DNA of 64,000 nucleotides from the human T2T-CHM13v2.0 reference genome, Homo sapiens. Every line of letters starts with the position of its first letter. Position 1 is the stretch's first letter. The stretch lies in NCBI RefSeq assembly GCF_009914755.1, contig NC_060932.1; one strand, written 5' to 3'. This document shows, in pieces, positions 31,065-42,995 of this stretch. Position numbers and translations under genes: made by a program. The notes beneath the pieces are model-generated. The model ran no database searches and was not told the DNA's origin. It saw only the letters and a list, made by a program, of their open reading frames with translations.

Positions 31065-32712
31065 CTTTTATTTTTATTCTTCCTTTTTTCAACTTTTACT
31101 TTAGATTCAGGGAGTACATGTGCAGGTTTGTTACCAAGGTATATTGCGTGATGTTCAGGTGTGGAGTGCGATTGAACCCATCACCCAGGTAGTGAGCATA
31201 GTACCAAGTAGGTAGTTTTTGAATCCTTGCTCATCTCCTTTCTTCTTCCTCTTGTATTCTCCAGCATCTATTGTTTCCATCTTTATACCCATGTGTACCC
31301 AATGTTCAGCTCTCATTTATAAGTTAGAACATGTCATATTTGGTTTTCCTTTTCTGCATTAGTTTGCTTAGGATTATTACCTCCAGTTGCATCCATGTTG
31401 CTACAAAGGACGTGATTTCATTCTCTTTATGGCTATGTTGTATTCCATGGTATGTATGTGTTAGTGGAAAGGGGTCCTGATCCAGACCCCAAGAGAGGGT
31501 TCTTGGATCTCAGGCACGAAAGAATTTGGGGTGAGTCCAGAAAGTAAAGTGAAAACTAGTTTATTAAGAAAGTAAAGGAATGAAAGAATGGCTACTCCAT
31601 AGACAGAGCAGCCCCAAGGGCTGGTGGTTGTGCATTTTTTATGGTTATTTCTTGACTATATGCTAAACAAGGGGTGGATTATTAATGTCTCCCCTTTTTA
31701 GACCATATAGGGTAACTTCCTGACATTGCCATGGCATTTGTAAACTGTCATGGCACTGGTGGGAGTGTAGCAGTGAGGCCCACCAGAGGTCACTTTCATT
31801 GCCATCTTGGTTTTGGTGTTTTTCGCCTGCTTTTTTACTGCAACCTGTTTTATCAGAAAGGTCTTTATGAACCTGTATCTTTTGCTGACCTCTTATTTTA
31901 TTCTGTGACTTAGAATACCTAACCATTTGAGAATGCAGCCCAGCAGGTCTCAGCCTTATTTTATCCAGCCCCTATTCGAGATGGAGTTGCTCTTGTTCAA
32001 ATGCTCTGACATATGTATCACATTTTCTTTATCTAATCTACTGTTGATGGGCACCTGGGTTGATTCCAAGTCTTTGCTATTGTGAATAATTATGCAATGA
32101 ACGTATGAGTGGATGTGTCTTTTTGGTAGAACAATTTATTTTCCTTTGGGTGCATATTCAGTAATGGGATTGGTGGGTTGAATGGTAGTTCAACTCTTAG
32201 TTCTTTGAGAAATTTCCAAACTGCTTTCCACAGTGGCTGAACTAATTTACATTTCTACCAGCAGTGTATAAGTGTTCCCTTTTCTCTGCAGCCCTGCCAG
32301 CCTCCATTATTTTTTGACTTTTTGATAAAAGCCATTCTGACTGGTGTGAGATGGTGTCTCATTGTGGTTTTGATTTGCATTTTTCTGATGATTAGTGATG
32401 ATGAACATTTTTTCATATGTTTATTGGCTGCTTGTATGCTTTCTTTTAAGAAGTGTCCGTTTATGTCCTTTGACTGCTTTTTAATGGGGTTATTTGTTTT
32501 TTGCTTGTTGATTTAAGTTCTTATTCTGGATATCAGATCTTTATTGGATGCCTTGTATGTGAATATTTTCTCCCATTCTTTAGGTTGTCTGTTTACTCTG
32601 TTGATAGTTTCTTTTGCTCTGTAGAAATTCTTTAGTTTAATTAGATCCTACTTGTCAATTTTTGTTTTTGTTGCAATTGCTTTTGAAGACTTAGCCATAA
32701 ATTCTTTGCCAT
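31065..32712 (-). mobile_element. Older primate L1 (L1PA16-like) 3' segment split by MER41
   Basis: gtacatgtgcaggtttgttac..ggtatattgcgtgatg...cccatcacccaggtagtgagcatagtacc; ORF2 C-terminal sequence resumes at 32012. Confidence 0.9.
31459..32011 (-). mobile_element. MER41A-type ERV1 solo LTR (553 bp)
   Basis: Minus strand begins tgtcagagcatttgaacaagagcaactccatc and ends ggacccctttccactaaca. 4-bp TSD tatg (31455-31458, 32012-32015). No tandem TTCCGGGAA GAS block. Confidence 0.93.
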
Positions 32713-35249
32713 CACTTGACTTTTAAGACTCTTTTACCTCCAGAGGTTTCCCATGTGTGTTATTTTCCCTTAGGTGTCTGATTTGCATCAGCATGCAACA
32801 CTACCTCACTTGTTGATGACCTCCGTTCCAGTCCATTCCTTTGATGGCATTTCATATTACAAATGTCTCCTCAAATTCAAAAAGACCTTTTCAAACAACA
32901 TTTAATTATGGTTGTAGAATGTTTCATTGCAGTAGGTTGACTCTGAACATGGTACAAACAGCAGGGCACCACTCAGCCACAAAGGACCACTCTCCCTCTG
33001 TGCAGGCCTGCTTAGCACTTTGGTTTTTGAATAGCTGTCCCCAAGAGCTTTGAAAAATGTTTTATCCCCTCCATTATTTTCCAAAGGAATTGCCAAATGA
33101 GCATATAATTCTCAAAGAAGCATCTCTAAATAAAAATATGTAATTGGCTATAGGGGGTCTCTTCCATGACTCCTGATCTTATTACAAGGTATTTACTCAC
33201 TCCATTACCTGCTGAGATATACAATAATGGAAGTTAAATAGCAAAATGAAAAAATGTTGAAGTCTGTAGTCATTTCCAAATTGCTACATTTTCCCTAAAA
33301 TTTTTAAAAAATGATGTTAAAGGGTGCCAACTGATTCCCCTCCTTCACACTCCCACAAAACGTATTTGGAAATACAGTCAGAAAGTGAAATTGGTCTTTA
33401 TCTATATAATATTGCATATCATTTTGGTGTGCAATTTGCATATACATTGAAATAATGGGACTGTTAGTCCACCATTGGTCAGAGGGGTTTGTATTATGTA
33501 GGAGTCAGTAAGAAACGTGCCATTCTCTTATGAAAGAAACCTTATTTTATTTGCTTTGCATTGCTAAAGATGGTATGTAAGAGAGCTGAAAGCCTGGCAT
33601 TCAGCCACAGAGTCTGTGGCTTGAATATTTTATATCTGTCAATGGGATTCCTTTTGGCATCTTATCTGAACACAATGAATTTGATTTTGGAGCGGCAGGA
33701 GATCCTATATATCGTTTTTCTTGCAACAGAAACATCCTTTGTGAGACCCAATGAGCTAGTTTGAATTCCTCTATCTCATGGTTCTGTCTTCAATTGTCAA
33801 ACAGTTATACTTTCTTCAACTTTTGACATTTCCATTTTATGTAATCCTATTGAAAGAGAATTGCAGCACCCAAGATTGAATTTAAAGCCTGTTTATTGTA
33901 CTAAGCAGACACTGTGAGGGCTACTAGTTTGAATCTCTTCAGGGCTGAATTTGAAAAAATACAAAGATTTAGCAATAAGCCAGGAGAATTGGCCACAGCA
34001 GAGATAGGAGAGCTGTGGAAAAAAGGGCATTGGTTTATTATCATAGTCCAGCCTGGAGTACCGTTAGGTAGGGAAACAAAAAGCCTGTACAGAGTGCAAA
34101 ATCAGGACCAATGCATACAGAATGTGTGAGAAGCAGTTTTTCTCTTAAACCAACAACAATCTTCCTATCAATTCCATTTGTCCTACAACAGAATGGGCTG
34201 CCTCAATGAGGTACATAGTCCAGGCCTTCACCCGCAAAAACCCTGTGTGCTAGGTAATGCAACAGCATTTAACCAACAAGGCATCTATCACCCAGAGAGG
34301 CTGTTATCAGTCTGTGATCACAAAGCTAGTGTGTGTTGGATTTCAAAGCCCAGTTCATCTGACCTCAAACCCTTTTCTTTCTCCATTATGACAACCTATT
34401 CCACTCTGATCCCAGTGAACTCCACATCATGGGAGGCCAGGCAGAGACAGGTTGGCAGGAGAAATTTGTATCTTGGGTAGAAGATTAAGTTGGATGACCT
34501 TTCATGTCACTTCAACTTCAAGGTTAGTGATTTTATGATCTTGTGACTCTGGCAGTCTCCTCGTTGAGACAAGATAAAAAAAGAGGAACCATATATTATT
34601 TTAATGCCAGTACAGAGACTTTAACACTTTTTAGTCCCTTTCCTGAGCCAGTTTCTTCTTTCTTGGGGCTCTCAAACACCATGGCTAGATCACCTTCAGC
34701 ACTTAACACACTGGACAGATTTAATTTGTACCCTTGTCTGCCTCTCCTGCTAGATGTTAGGAGCCATCTCTGGGTATCTTGTTCTTTACCTGTAGCTTCT
34801 TTCCCACTTCCATCTATGGTGCAGCCCATGCCTGGCACTTCAGTGTTCTTGGAAAAAGTGAACAGATATGGTGGTTTATTTTGTTAAAGCATCTTTTATT
34901 AATACCACCAAGCTAGGTGATGTTGTAAAAATTTCAGAGGAAATGTGATTATGCCCCTCTGACCAACGACTTCAAATAGGGAGACGACGCCATCTCTGGG
35001 AGGTGTGCAAGAGGATCTCTCATTGTATAAGATACAGATGATCTTAATGCATCAGAAAGAGTAAGCTAAAGCTTTGTAAAGGTGCTAAGAAAAATTAAAA
35101 GAGGAGTTTAGCTATGTGTAGAGTAGGAAAGATAACAAGGAATTCCCACATATTCCCACAGCTCGTGTCAGGTGATATGGTAAGAACATGGCAGAAGGAG
35201 ACAGAGGTGCTAGTACTTGTTTGCTTTTATCTTTTTTTTGTGTGTGTGT

Positions 35250-35725
35250 GACCAACTCCTGAGCTTTTCTGTTTAACCCCCTTTTCTAGAAATTTTACAT
35301 ATCTTTGACCAAATGATTTACGTGGGGTTTGTCATAAAACTATAACATGGCCTGCTTCCCTGGCCCAGTTGACTTGTCTAGCAATGGACTCTTTGCTCAG
35401 GCGTGGGCAATGAATCCCTTTCCAGGAGCTTTTGGAATTGGGGAAAAATAGATCTGTCAATTTTGGGCGACCAATTCCACATGATAGAAAATGTGGGACC
35501 ATTCACTGACCATATTTCCCATTAATGTAAAGATCAGTGTCAGGTGGTAGAAGCAAAGGCAGCACAGAGAGGGGAGCCAGGATCCAGGTGAGTTCCAGTG
35601 CTCCTCAGACCCTGTGACACCCATACCCTTCTCCGCTTGGTTACTTAACTTCCTTGTTTCCTTTGCAGAGGCAAGTTAGAGTTCACTTTCTGTTACTTAC
35701 AACCAGAAGACTTTTAACAAGTATA
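35250..35725 (+). mobile_element. Old MaLR LTR (MLT1K/L/M-like)
   Basis: gttccagtgctcctcagacc, and the 3' end gttagagttcactttctgttacttacaaccagaaga. Confidence 0.55.
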
Positions 35726-35749
35726 CTGTCTGTCAAGATGAATGGCAAT

Positions 35750-35985
35750 CAACTGGAAATGTTAGAGACCTCTATGTAACCAAGGGAAACAGAAGCCCAA
35801 GTAGATTAAGGAAAGTCGAAGAAAAGACTGAAAGTGTTCAAATGTCTCAGCCCAGAACACTTCCATCCAAGGGCTTTAAGAGTACTTGTCAGTGCGAAGC
35901 AGCTCTCTCTGTGAGCAATCTCTCAGGAATCATGGAGGATGTGGGAGGGGTCAGATGAATGGAAATAGACATCTATTTCCTAAAG
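35750..35985 (+). mobile_element. CR1/L3 LINE ORF2 relic
   Basis: Translates to KCLSPEHFHPRALRVL...ESWRMWE..DEW, matching the CR1 pre-RT motif KSPGPD.LHPRVLKEL...KSWR.GEVPEDW. Confidence 0.7.
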
Positions 35986-36689
35986 GATACTGAGAGTTTC
36001 TTTACCATTTTCCTTCTTTGCATCCCAATTCACATATTCTTCTGTGATCTTTAGTTCCCTTTTCTGTAAAATACAGATACTATAACACCTCTCTGCCTTC
36101 CTTGTACACCATGAGATGCACGTGAGTATTAGAAAGTGCTTTGTACATCTATATTTTCCTAGAAAGGCCAAGGATTGCTATCACCATTAAGCTGACTAAA
36201 ATAATAAATAGAAAGTAGTTGATAGTCTTTTTTATTACCAAGCTAGAGTCAGGTAATAGCTGCTAACGACATTTTTGGCACTACTCTATACCAAATATTG
36301 ATGAATTGTCAACTGAAAATTCTAAATTAGCTTATTTTTCTGGATTAAGCTACTATCTTGTATAATAGTTATTTTACTAGGGTTGGATAGAATTTGTAGC
36401 CATTTTCATCTTAAAGAAAATCTTGTACAACTTGTTGTCTATTGGGTTACAAACACTAGCATAGCCCTGAAATAAACTAGGCCATTCCTCACTCTACAAA
36501 CTTCTTTAATCACTTATGCTATGAAAAGTAAGCTAACTCTTTAGCATGGCAGAGAATAAGATTTCAGAGAGGCACAGAATGGCCATGTTGTATAAGCTCA
36601 CAGAAATCCAGGGAGGAAAGAATTTAGGAAGATGATCTCAAAACTAACAAATGTGAAGATATTAAAGACTGGATTTGTAAATTGAAAAG

Positions 36690-36850
36690 GCATCCAGTCA
36701 TTCATCAAGTCTTAGTGATTCTACCTCTTTAATATGTGTAAATTCCAGCTCTCTCTTTAAATCCCTATTGGCAGTTACCAAAGTCCTAGTCTCTATTAAC
36801 TTTTTCTAAATTACTGCAACCAGATCCTAACTGGTTCCCCAGAATCTCCA
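36690..36850 (+). mobile_element. L2 fragment
   Basis: catccagtcattcatcaagtcttagtgattctacctc ... attactgcaacc...cctaactggttccc. Confidence 0.65.
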
Positions 36851-37354
36851 TCAACTTAGGAAACACTTTTTCTCCACTCTGGAACTTTGACTTGGAGACA
36901 GAGTTTGATAGAGGAGATTGATAGAGGGTTTCCTAATGACCTTCTTCCTTTATCTCTACCTTCCATCTTTTCCCATCTTTCACTGGGATAGAAAAGGGAA
37001 GTTTTCCCTAATCTTTTCTTCTTATTGGATTGGGACTGCCCTTATGCAAAAGGGTAATACCAATTATGCCAGGACAATCTCTTGATAATAGTAAAGGAAG
37101 GAGAGAAAGTAATTTAGAAAAATCTCTTTCTTGACAAAACCTGCATTTCAATACTGTTGTCTGGTTGCAACTTCCTATTTTGTATATTTGCTCAGCATAG
37201 TAATTCTTTCCTTTCTCCTTGAAGACCTATTGTAATTTTCTTACCTCCATCTCAAGGCAAGGCAGATTAGTAATTCAGATTGATTACACAGATTATGTAC
37301 ACAGAAATGCAAAGGAGAAAAGCTCATTAATTGCTTAAAATATGATGATAGCAA

Positions 37355-37470
37355 TCCTTGGCCTGATAATTATTCTTATTTTATGGAAGAGGAATCTGAG
37401 GTTCAGAGAAGTTAAGTGACTTTTCTGAGTCACAGAGTTAGTAAATGGCAGAGGCAAGATTAAAATCTCA
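37355..37470 (-). mobile_element. MIR
   Basis: ttttatggaagaggaatctgaggttcagagaagttaagtgact. Confidence 0.75.
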
Positions 37471-38620
37471 GGAATATTCCATTTTCAAGGGGGTGCTGTG
37501 GAATGCTGAATGGCTCTGATTAATGGAGTGAGAAGAATTTGGAGTTCCCAGGCAAGGAGGAGTAATGATTTGAGAGAGAAGTCAGAAGAGGGATGGAGAC
37601 AGCGTGTAGATAAGGTGAAAGTGGTGAATTCCCTTTCTTCCTGCATTACCCCCTCCCCCCATCATTTTGCATTCATTCATCACAGTTGATGGTATCTGCT
37701 ACGTTTTAAATTTGCTGGATCACTTGCATGTGCTTCGTCTCCCCTCTCTGTCCCATACATTTGCAGTGAATTTTATATATGTACCAATTCTTAGTGCTGA
37801 GTAAATTTTCTGGGGTGGGAGGGATGCGGGGGAAGGAAGGGCCTCTTAAAAGGGGCTAAGTTTCACATCTGAGGGGCCCCCTTGACACAGGCACAGAGAA
37901 ATCCTGGAGTAGTAGACAGTAGAGGAGGTCATAATTTTGGAGTGAGATCTTTGGTGTCATTTGTAGAAATTTTGTGGGGAGGACGTGAATCTATGGAACA
38001 GATGGAATTGAGAGTTTTGAGCCTATTTTATCTAGCTCTCCTCGGGGCACGCAAACCCCAGGTGATCTCTGGGTTGTATCTTTTCTTGCCCCTGTTCCAT
38101 ATGCTTCTGGAATGTAAGGACCATGTGACTATCCTATTCCCTTCCATCTCTGAACCTCACGTGATTCCTGCTTCATAACAATCATAAATAATTTGTTTGA
38201 GACGACTAGCTCTGTAAGGCCTTGGGGACAGTAGTATGAATGAAAAAGTTTCAGTAGAAAGTCTGAGATGGGAGCATAGAAGCAGGAGATGTTGGTCACA
38301 TGTCCAAGATACTGAGCAGTGGTAGCTAAAATAAACAGCATGATTGAATAAATGTATTATTTTTGTTTGAAGATGAAAATACATGGCTTAAAAATGTTAG
38401 TGGGCAGAGGGGAAGGAAAGGATTCTCATTTTAGAATAGATTTTTTCTCCCTGATTACATATTCACTATATAAAATAATTTATGTTAAACAGTCATCTGA
38501 ACATCAGCAACTCATTGCCTCATCTGCAACGGCTGTTGTTACATAATGTTCCTTCCTCAAATCTTTCAGGACCTTCCAGAACCTTCTGTGTACAGTTTGT
38601 CGTTTAAAACATGGTGATCC

Positions 38621-40400
38621 AAGAATGTAGAAATTAATCTACATATCTATAGCCAACTAATTTTTGACAAAGGCACCAAGAACATTCACTGGGTACAGGA
38701 CAGTTGTTTCAATAAATGGTGCTAGTAAAACTGGATATTCATATACAGAAGAATAAAATTTTAGGCCCCCACCTCTCTCACCTTATACAAAAATCACTCA
38801 AAATGGATTAAAGACCTAAATGTAAGGTGTGAAACTATAAAAGTACTAGAAGAAAAAAAACAGGAGAAGCTCTTCAGGACATTGGTGTGGGGAAAGATTT
38901 TGCGAATAAGACTCAAAAATATAAGCAACAAAAACAAAATTAAACAAATGGGATTACATCAAGCTAAAAAAATTCTGCACTACAAAGAAATCAACAGAGT
39001 GAAAATATAACTTACGGAATGGGAGAAAATATTTGGAAACTATTCATTTGACAGGAGATTAATATCCAGAATATACACGAAACTTAAACATCTCAACAGC
39101 CAAAAAAAAAAAAAAAAAATCCAGTTTAAAAACATGGGCGAATAATCTGAACAGTCATTTTGTCAAAAGAAGACATACAAATTGCCAACAAGTATATGAA
39201 AAAACATTCAACGTCACTAATCATCAGGGAAATGCAAATCAAAACCACAATGAGATATCATTTCACCTTAGTTAGAATGATTGTTATCAAAAAGACAAAA
39301 AACAAAAACAAAAAACAAATGCTGGCAAGAATGTGGAGAAAAGGAAATGCTTATATACTGTTGGTGGGAATGTAAACTAGCACAGAGAACACTATGGAGG
39401 TTCCTCAAAAAACTACATGTAACACTACCATTTGATTCAGCAACCCCATTACTGGGCATTCATCCAAAGCAAAGGAAATTAGTATATCAAAGAGGCATCT
39501 AGATCTCCACGTTTATTGCAGCCTTATTCACAATAACCAAGATAGGAATCAACCCAACTGTCCAACAACAGATGAATAGATATAGAAAATGTGGTATATA
39601 TACACAATGGAATATTATGTAGCCATACAAAAGAGTGAAACCTTGTCATTACAGTAACATGGATGGAACAAGAGGACATTATGTTAAGTGAAATAAGTCA
39701 AGCACAGAAAGACAAATATTGCATTGTTCTAACTCACATGTGGGAATTTAAAAAGTGAATCTCATAAAGATAGCGAAAGATTGGTGGTTACCAGAGGCCA
39801 GGAAGGGTAGGGGAGAGGAGAGTATGAAGAGAGGTTGATTAAGGAGTAGAAATATATAGTTAGATAGAAGAAATAATGGCTGGCTGCGGTGGCTCATGCC
39901 TGTAATCCCAGCACTTTGGGAGGCCAAAGTGGGTGGTGGATCACTTGAGGTCAGGAGTTTGACCTGGCCAACATGGTGAAACCTCGGTTCTAGTAAAAAT
40001 ACAAAAATTAGCTGGGCTGGGTGGCACACGCCTGTAATCCCAGCTACTCAGGAGGCTAAGGCAGGAGAATTGCTTGAACCCAGGAGGCAGAGTTTGCAGT
40101 GAGCCAAGATCATACTACTGCACTGTAGCCTGGGCCACAGAGTGAGACTCCATCTCAAAAAAAAAACCAAGTTTTTGGTAGAACAGTGGAGTGACTATAG
40201 TTAACAATAATCTATAGAGCATTTCAAAATAGCTAGAAGAGAATAATTTGAATGTTCCTAGCATAAAGCAAAAATGAATATTTCATTTAAATATGAAAAA
40301 TTGGATATCTCAGTCCCCCTGATTTGATCTTTACAAATTATATGGATGTATAACATTATCAGAAAATACATACATCTATTATGTATCAATAAAAAACTTA
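38621..40400 (+). mobile_element. L1MA-type LINE-1 3' portion (ORF2 C-terminus + 3' UTR) with Alu insertion
   Basis: Residual ORF2 peptides ([33 protein letters not shown]; LWRFLKKL..LPFDSATPLLGIHPK) and an L1MA-type UTR. Confidence 0.9.
39878..40166 (+). mobile_element. AluS (Sz/Sx-like)
   Basis: ggctggctgcggtggctcatgcctgtaatcccagc ... ggatcacttgaggtcaggagttt ... poly-A. Confidence 0.95.
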
Positions 40401-40417
40401 AAATATATAAAACACTA

Positions 40418-40815
40418 AAAATGTTGATGTCATAGAAGTAAAAAGTAGAATAGAGTATACTAGAGGCTGGGAAGGGTAGGAGGGATAGAGGAGAGATTTT
40501 TTAAAGATAGAAAAGTACAGCTAGGTAAGAGGAATAAGTTCTAGCGTTCTATAGCACTGTAGGATGACTACAGTTAATACATACTTTCAAACAGCTGGAA
40601 GAAAAATACTGAATGTTTCCAACACAAAGAAGTGACAGATGTTTGAGAGGATGGATAAGCTAATTTTGCTGATCTGATTACTATACATTGTATGTATTGA
40701 AACATCACTATGTACCCCATAAATGCATACAATTATTATGTGCCAGTTACAAACAATTTTTAAAGAAAAAATAAAATAAAATATGATTTTACATTTACAA
40801 AAAAAAAAAAAAATA
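40418..40815 (+). mobile_element. Second L1MA 3' UTR directly downstream of the first
   Basis: gatgtcatagaagtaaaaagtagaatag...gaggaataagttctag...catcactatgtaccccataaat, followed by an A-rich tail. Confidence 0.85.
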
Positions 40816-41112
40816 CCAAACAAACATGGTGACCCTACTTGACCTGGCTCCTGCTTCCTTCTCCAGCCTTATATTCATCCACTCTGTAGGATGCAGGATC
40901 CACTCTGTAGGACACCACATTCCAGAGGTATTTAATCACCTGACACTTCTGGAAGGCATCATGCTCTTTTATACAAATTATCTGCCTTCCAGCAATGTTC
41001 TCTCCACCTGAAGTTTTCTTTCTCACTCCTTTTCTGCTTAGAAAAGTTCTCCTCTTAGCACAGATATTGATTCCTTCAGAAAGCCTTTCCTGGCCTCAGC
41101 CATCTTAGTGCT

Positions 41113-41502
41113 TGCCATGGTTTGAATGTTTGTTTCCTCCAAAACTCATATTGAAATTTAATTGATATTATACAAGTATTAAGAGGTGAGACCCTTAAGA
41201 AGTGATTAAGCCATGAGGGCTTTCCTCTCATAAATGGACTTAATGCTGCTTCATGGAAATGGGTTTGTTATTGCAGGAGTGTGTTTGCTGTAAAAATGTG
41301 GTAACTTTGGCCCAGTTTGCCCTTTCTCTCCTGCCCTTCTGTCTTCCACCATGGGCTAATGCAGGAAGAAGGCCCTCACCAGATGCTGGCGACTTGGCCT
41401 TGGACTTCCCAGCCTCCAGAATGGTGAAGAAATAGATTTCTGTTCTTTATAAAGTACCTAGTCTCAGATTTTTTGTTATAGCAGCACAAACAGACTAAGA
41501 AA
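41113..41502 (+). mobile_element. MST (MSTC/D-like) MaLR solo LTR inside an L2
   Basis: tgccatggtttgaatgttt...ctccaaaactcat...gaaggccctcaccagatgc...cagactaag. 5-bp TSD gtgct (41108-41112, 41503-41507). Confidence 0.9.
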
Positions 41503-41945
41503 GTGCTCCCAAGGAAAACTGCACTTTCCTCTTTGCTAATCTCTTGTCATATCATGCAGTGATTTACTGTTTGGTAGCTATCTAAATTCTGAGTTTTTGA
41601 TGGTAAAGACCATTGCCTTTTGTCTCTGTGTCCCTGTTTCTTAGCCTGCCACCCCACCAAATGGGACTGCAGTAATTTGCTATTGGCTGAATGAAGTAAG
41701 AGCAAAGAACACTTAGCCATTTATAGCACTAATTATTTCAAAATTCTACTTTAAAACTTTTTTTTGTGATTTATTATTTTTATGGCTGTTTGATTCTAAA
41801 TTCTACTCTTCCCTCACATCATTGTGTGGTCCATTTCAGATCTGTACAGTTCTTGGAGGCAGTGGTGATAACAGTAACACACAATACTGCCTTCTTTCTT
41901 CTTATCTTGGATAATTTATCCAAATTGATATTTCTGGATCAAAGA

Positions 41946-41946
<1 letters not shown>

Positions 41947-41986
<40 letters not shown>
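41947..41986. repeat. (TA)20 microsatellite
   Basis: Perfect 40-bp TA run. Confidence 0.98.
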
Positions 41987-41989
<3 letters not shown>

Positions 41990-41990
41990 T

Positions 41991-42290
<300 letters not shown>

Positions 42291-42784
42291 CAAAGACTAT
42301 ATATTCTTTCATGACTCTTTTCACCATTTGCTAAATTGTTTTCTGCAAAGATGTGCCACTTTATAGTGCCACCATCATATCTATTTTTTCCTCAACTTTC
42401 CTGATGGAGTTTTGCCATTTGAAAAAAAGAATAAATTAATAGATATAATTTTATTATTTCAGTAGATAAAAAGTAGATGTTCAGAATGTTTTAGTGTGTA
42501 TTTTTATAACTATTAGTAAGAAAGAGAATTTTCCTGTGTTTCTTATTCACATTTTTCTTATATCAATTACCCACAAATATGAAGAGAAATAACTTTGAAG
42601 GCAGAAAAAGAGTAAATACTAATACTGAAAAAAGCTGAGATAATTGGTGGAGAGTAACCCCCAAAGTTCCTGGAGAACAGGAGATGAGTTTATTCCTGTA
42701 AAGATGGAGGAGAACAGTTTCTCCTAAGAGAAGCATAAAAGAAAATAAGATAGGTAAGGGGCAGAGATACAATAATAGAGAATA

Positions 42785-42995
42785 TTAACTAACCTTTTTT
42801 TGAGCATTTAATGTGTAAAAATTGTGCTAATTGCTTTTCATAAATTCCTTCTTTTAATCTTCAGAACCATTCATTTCACGGATGGGGAAACTGAGGATAC
42901 ATGAAGTTAGGAGACATGTTCATGGACACTTAGAAAGTCCACGCAGAGCTTGAATTCAGAGTCAAGTCTGTACCCTTAACCACTATCCTGCACTT
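42785..42995 (-). mobile_element. MIR
   Basis: catttcacggatggggaaactgagg ... cttaaccactat. Confidence 0.7.

Noticed and set aside
40877-40911. atccactctgtagga direct repeat (also tggacatact x2 at 50881-50900)
   Set aside because: Ordinary micro-duplications with no further structure.
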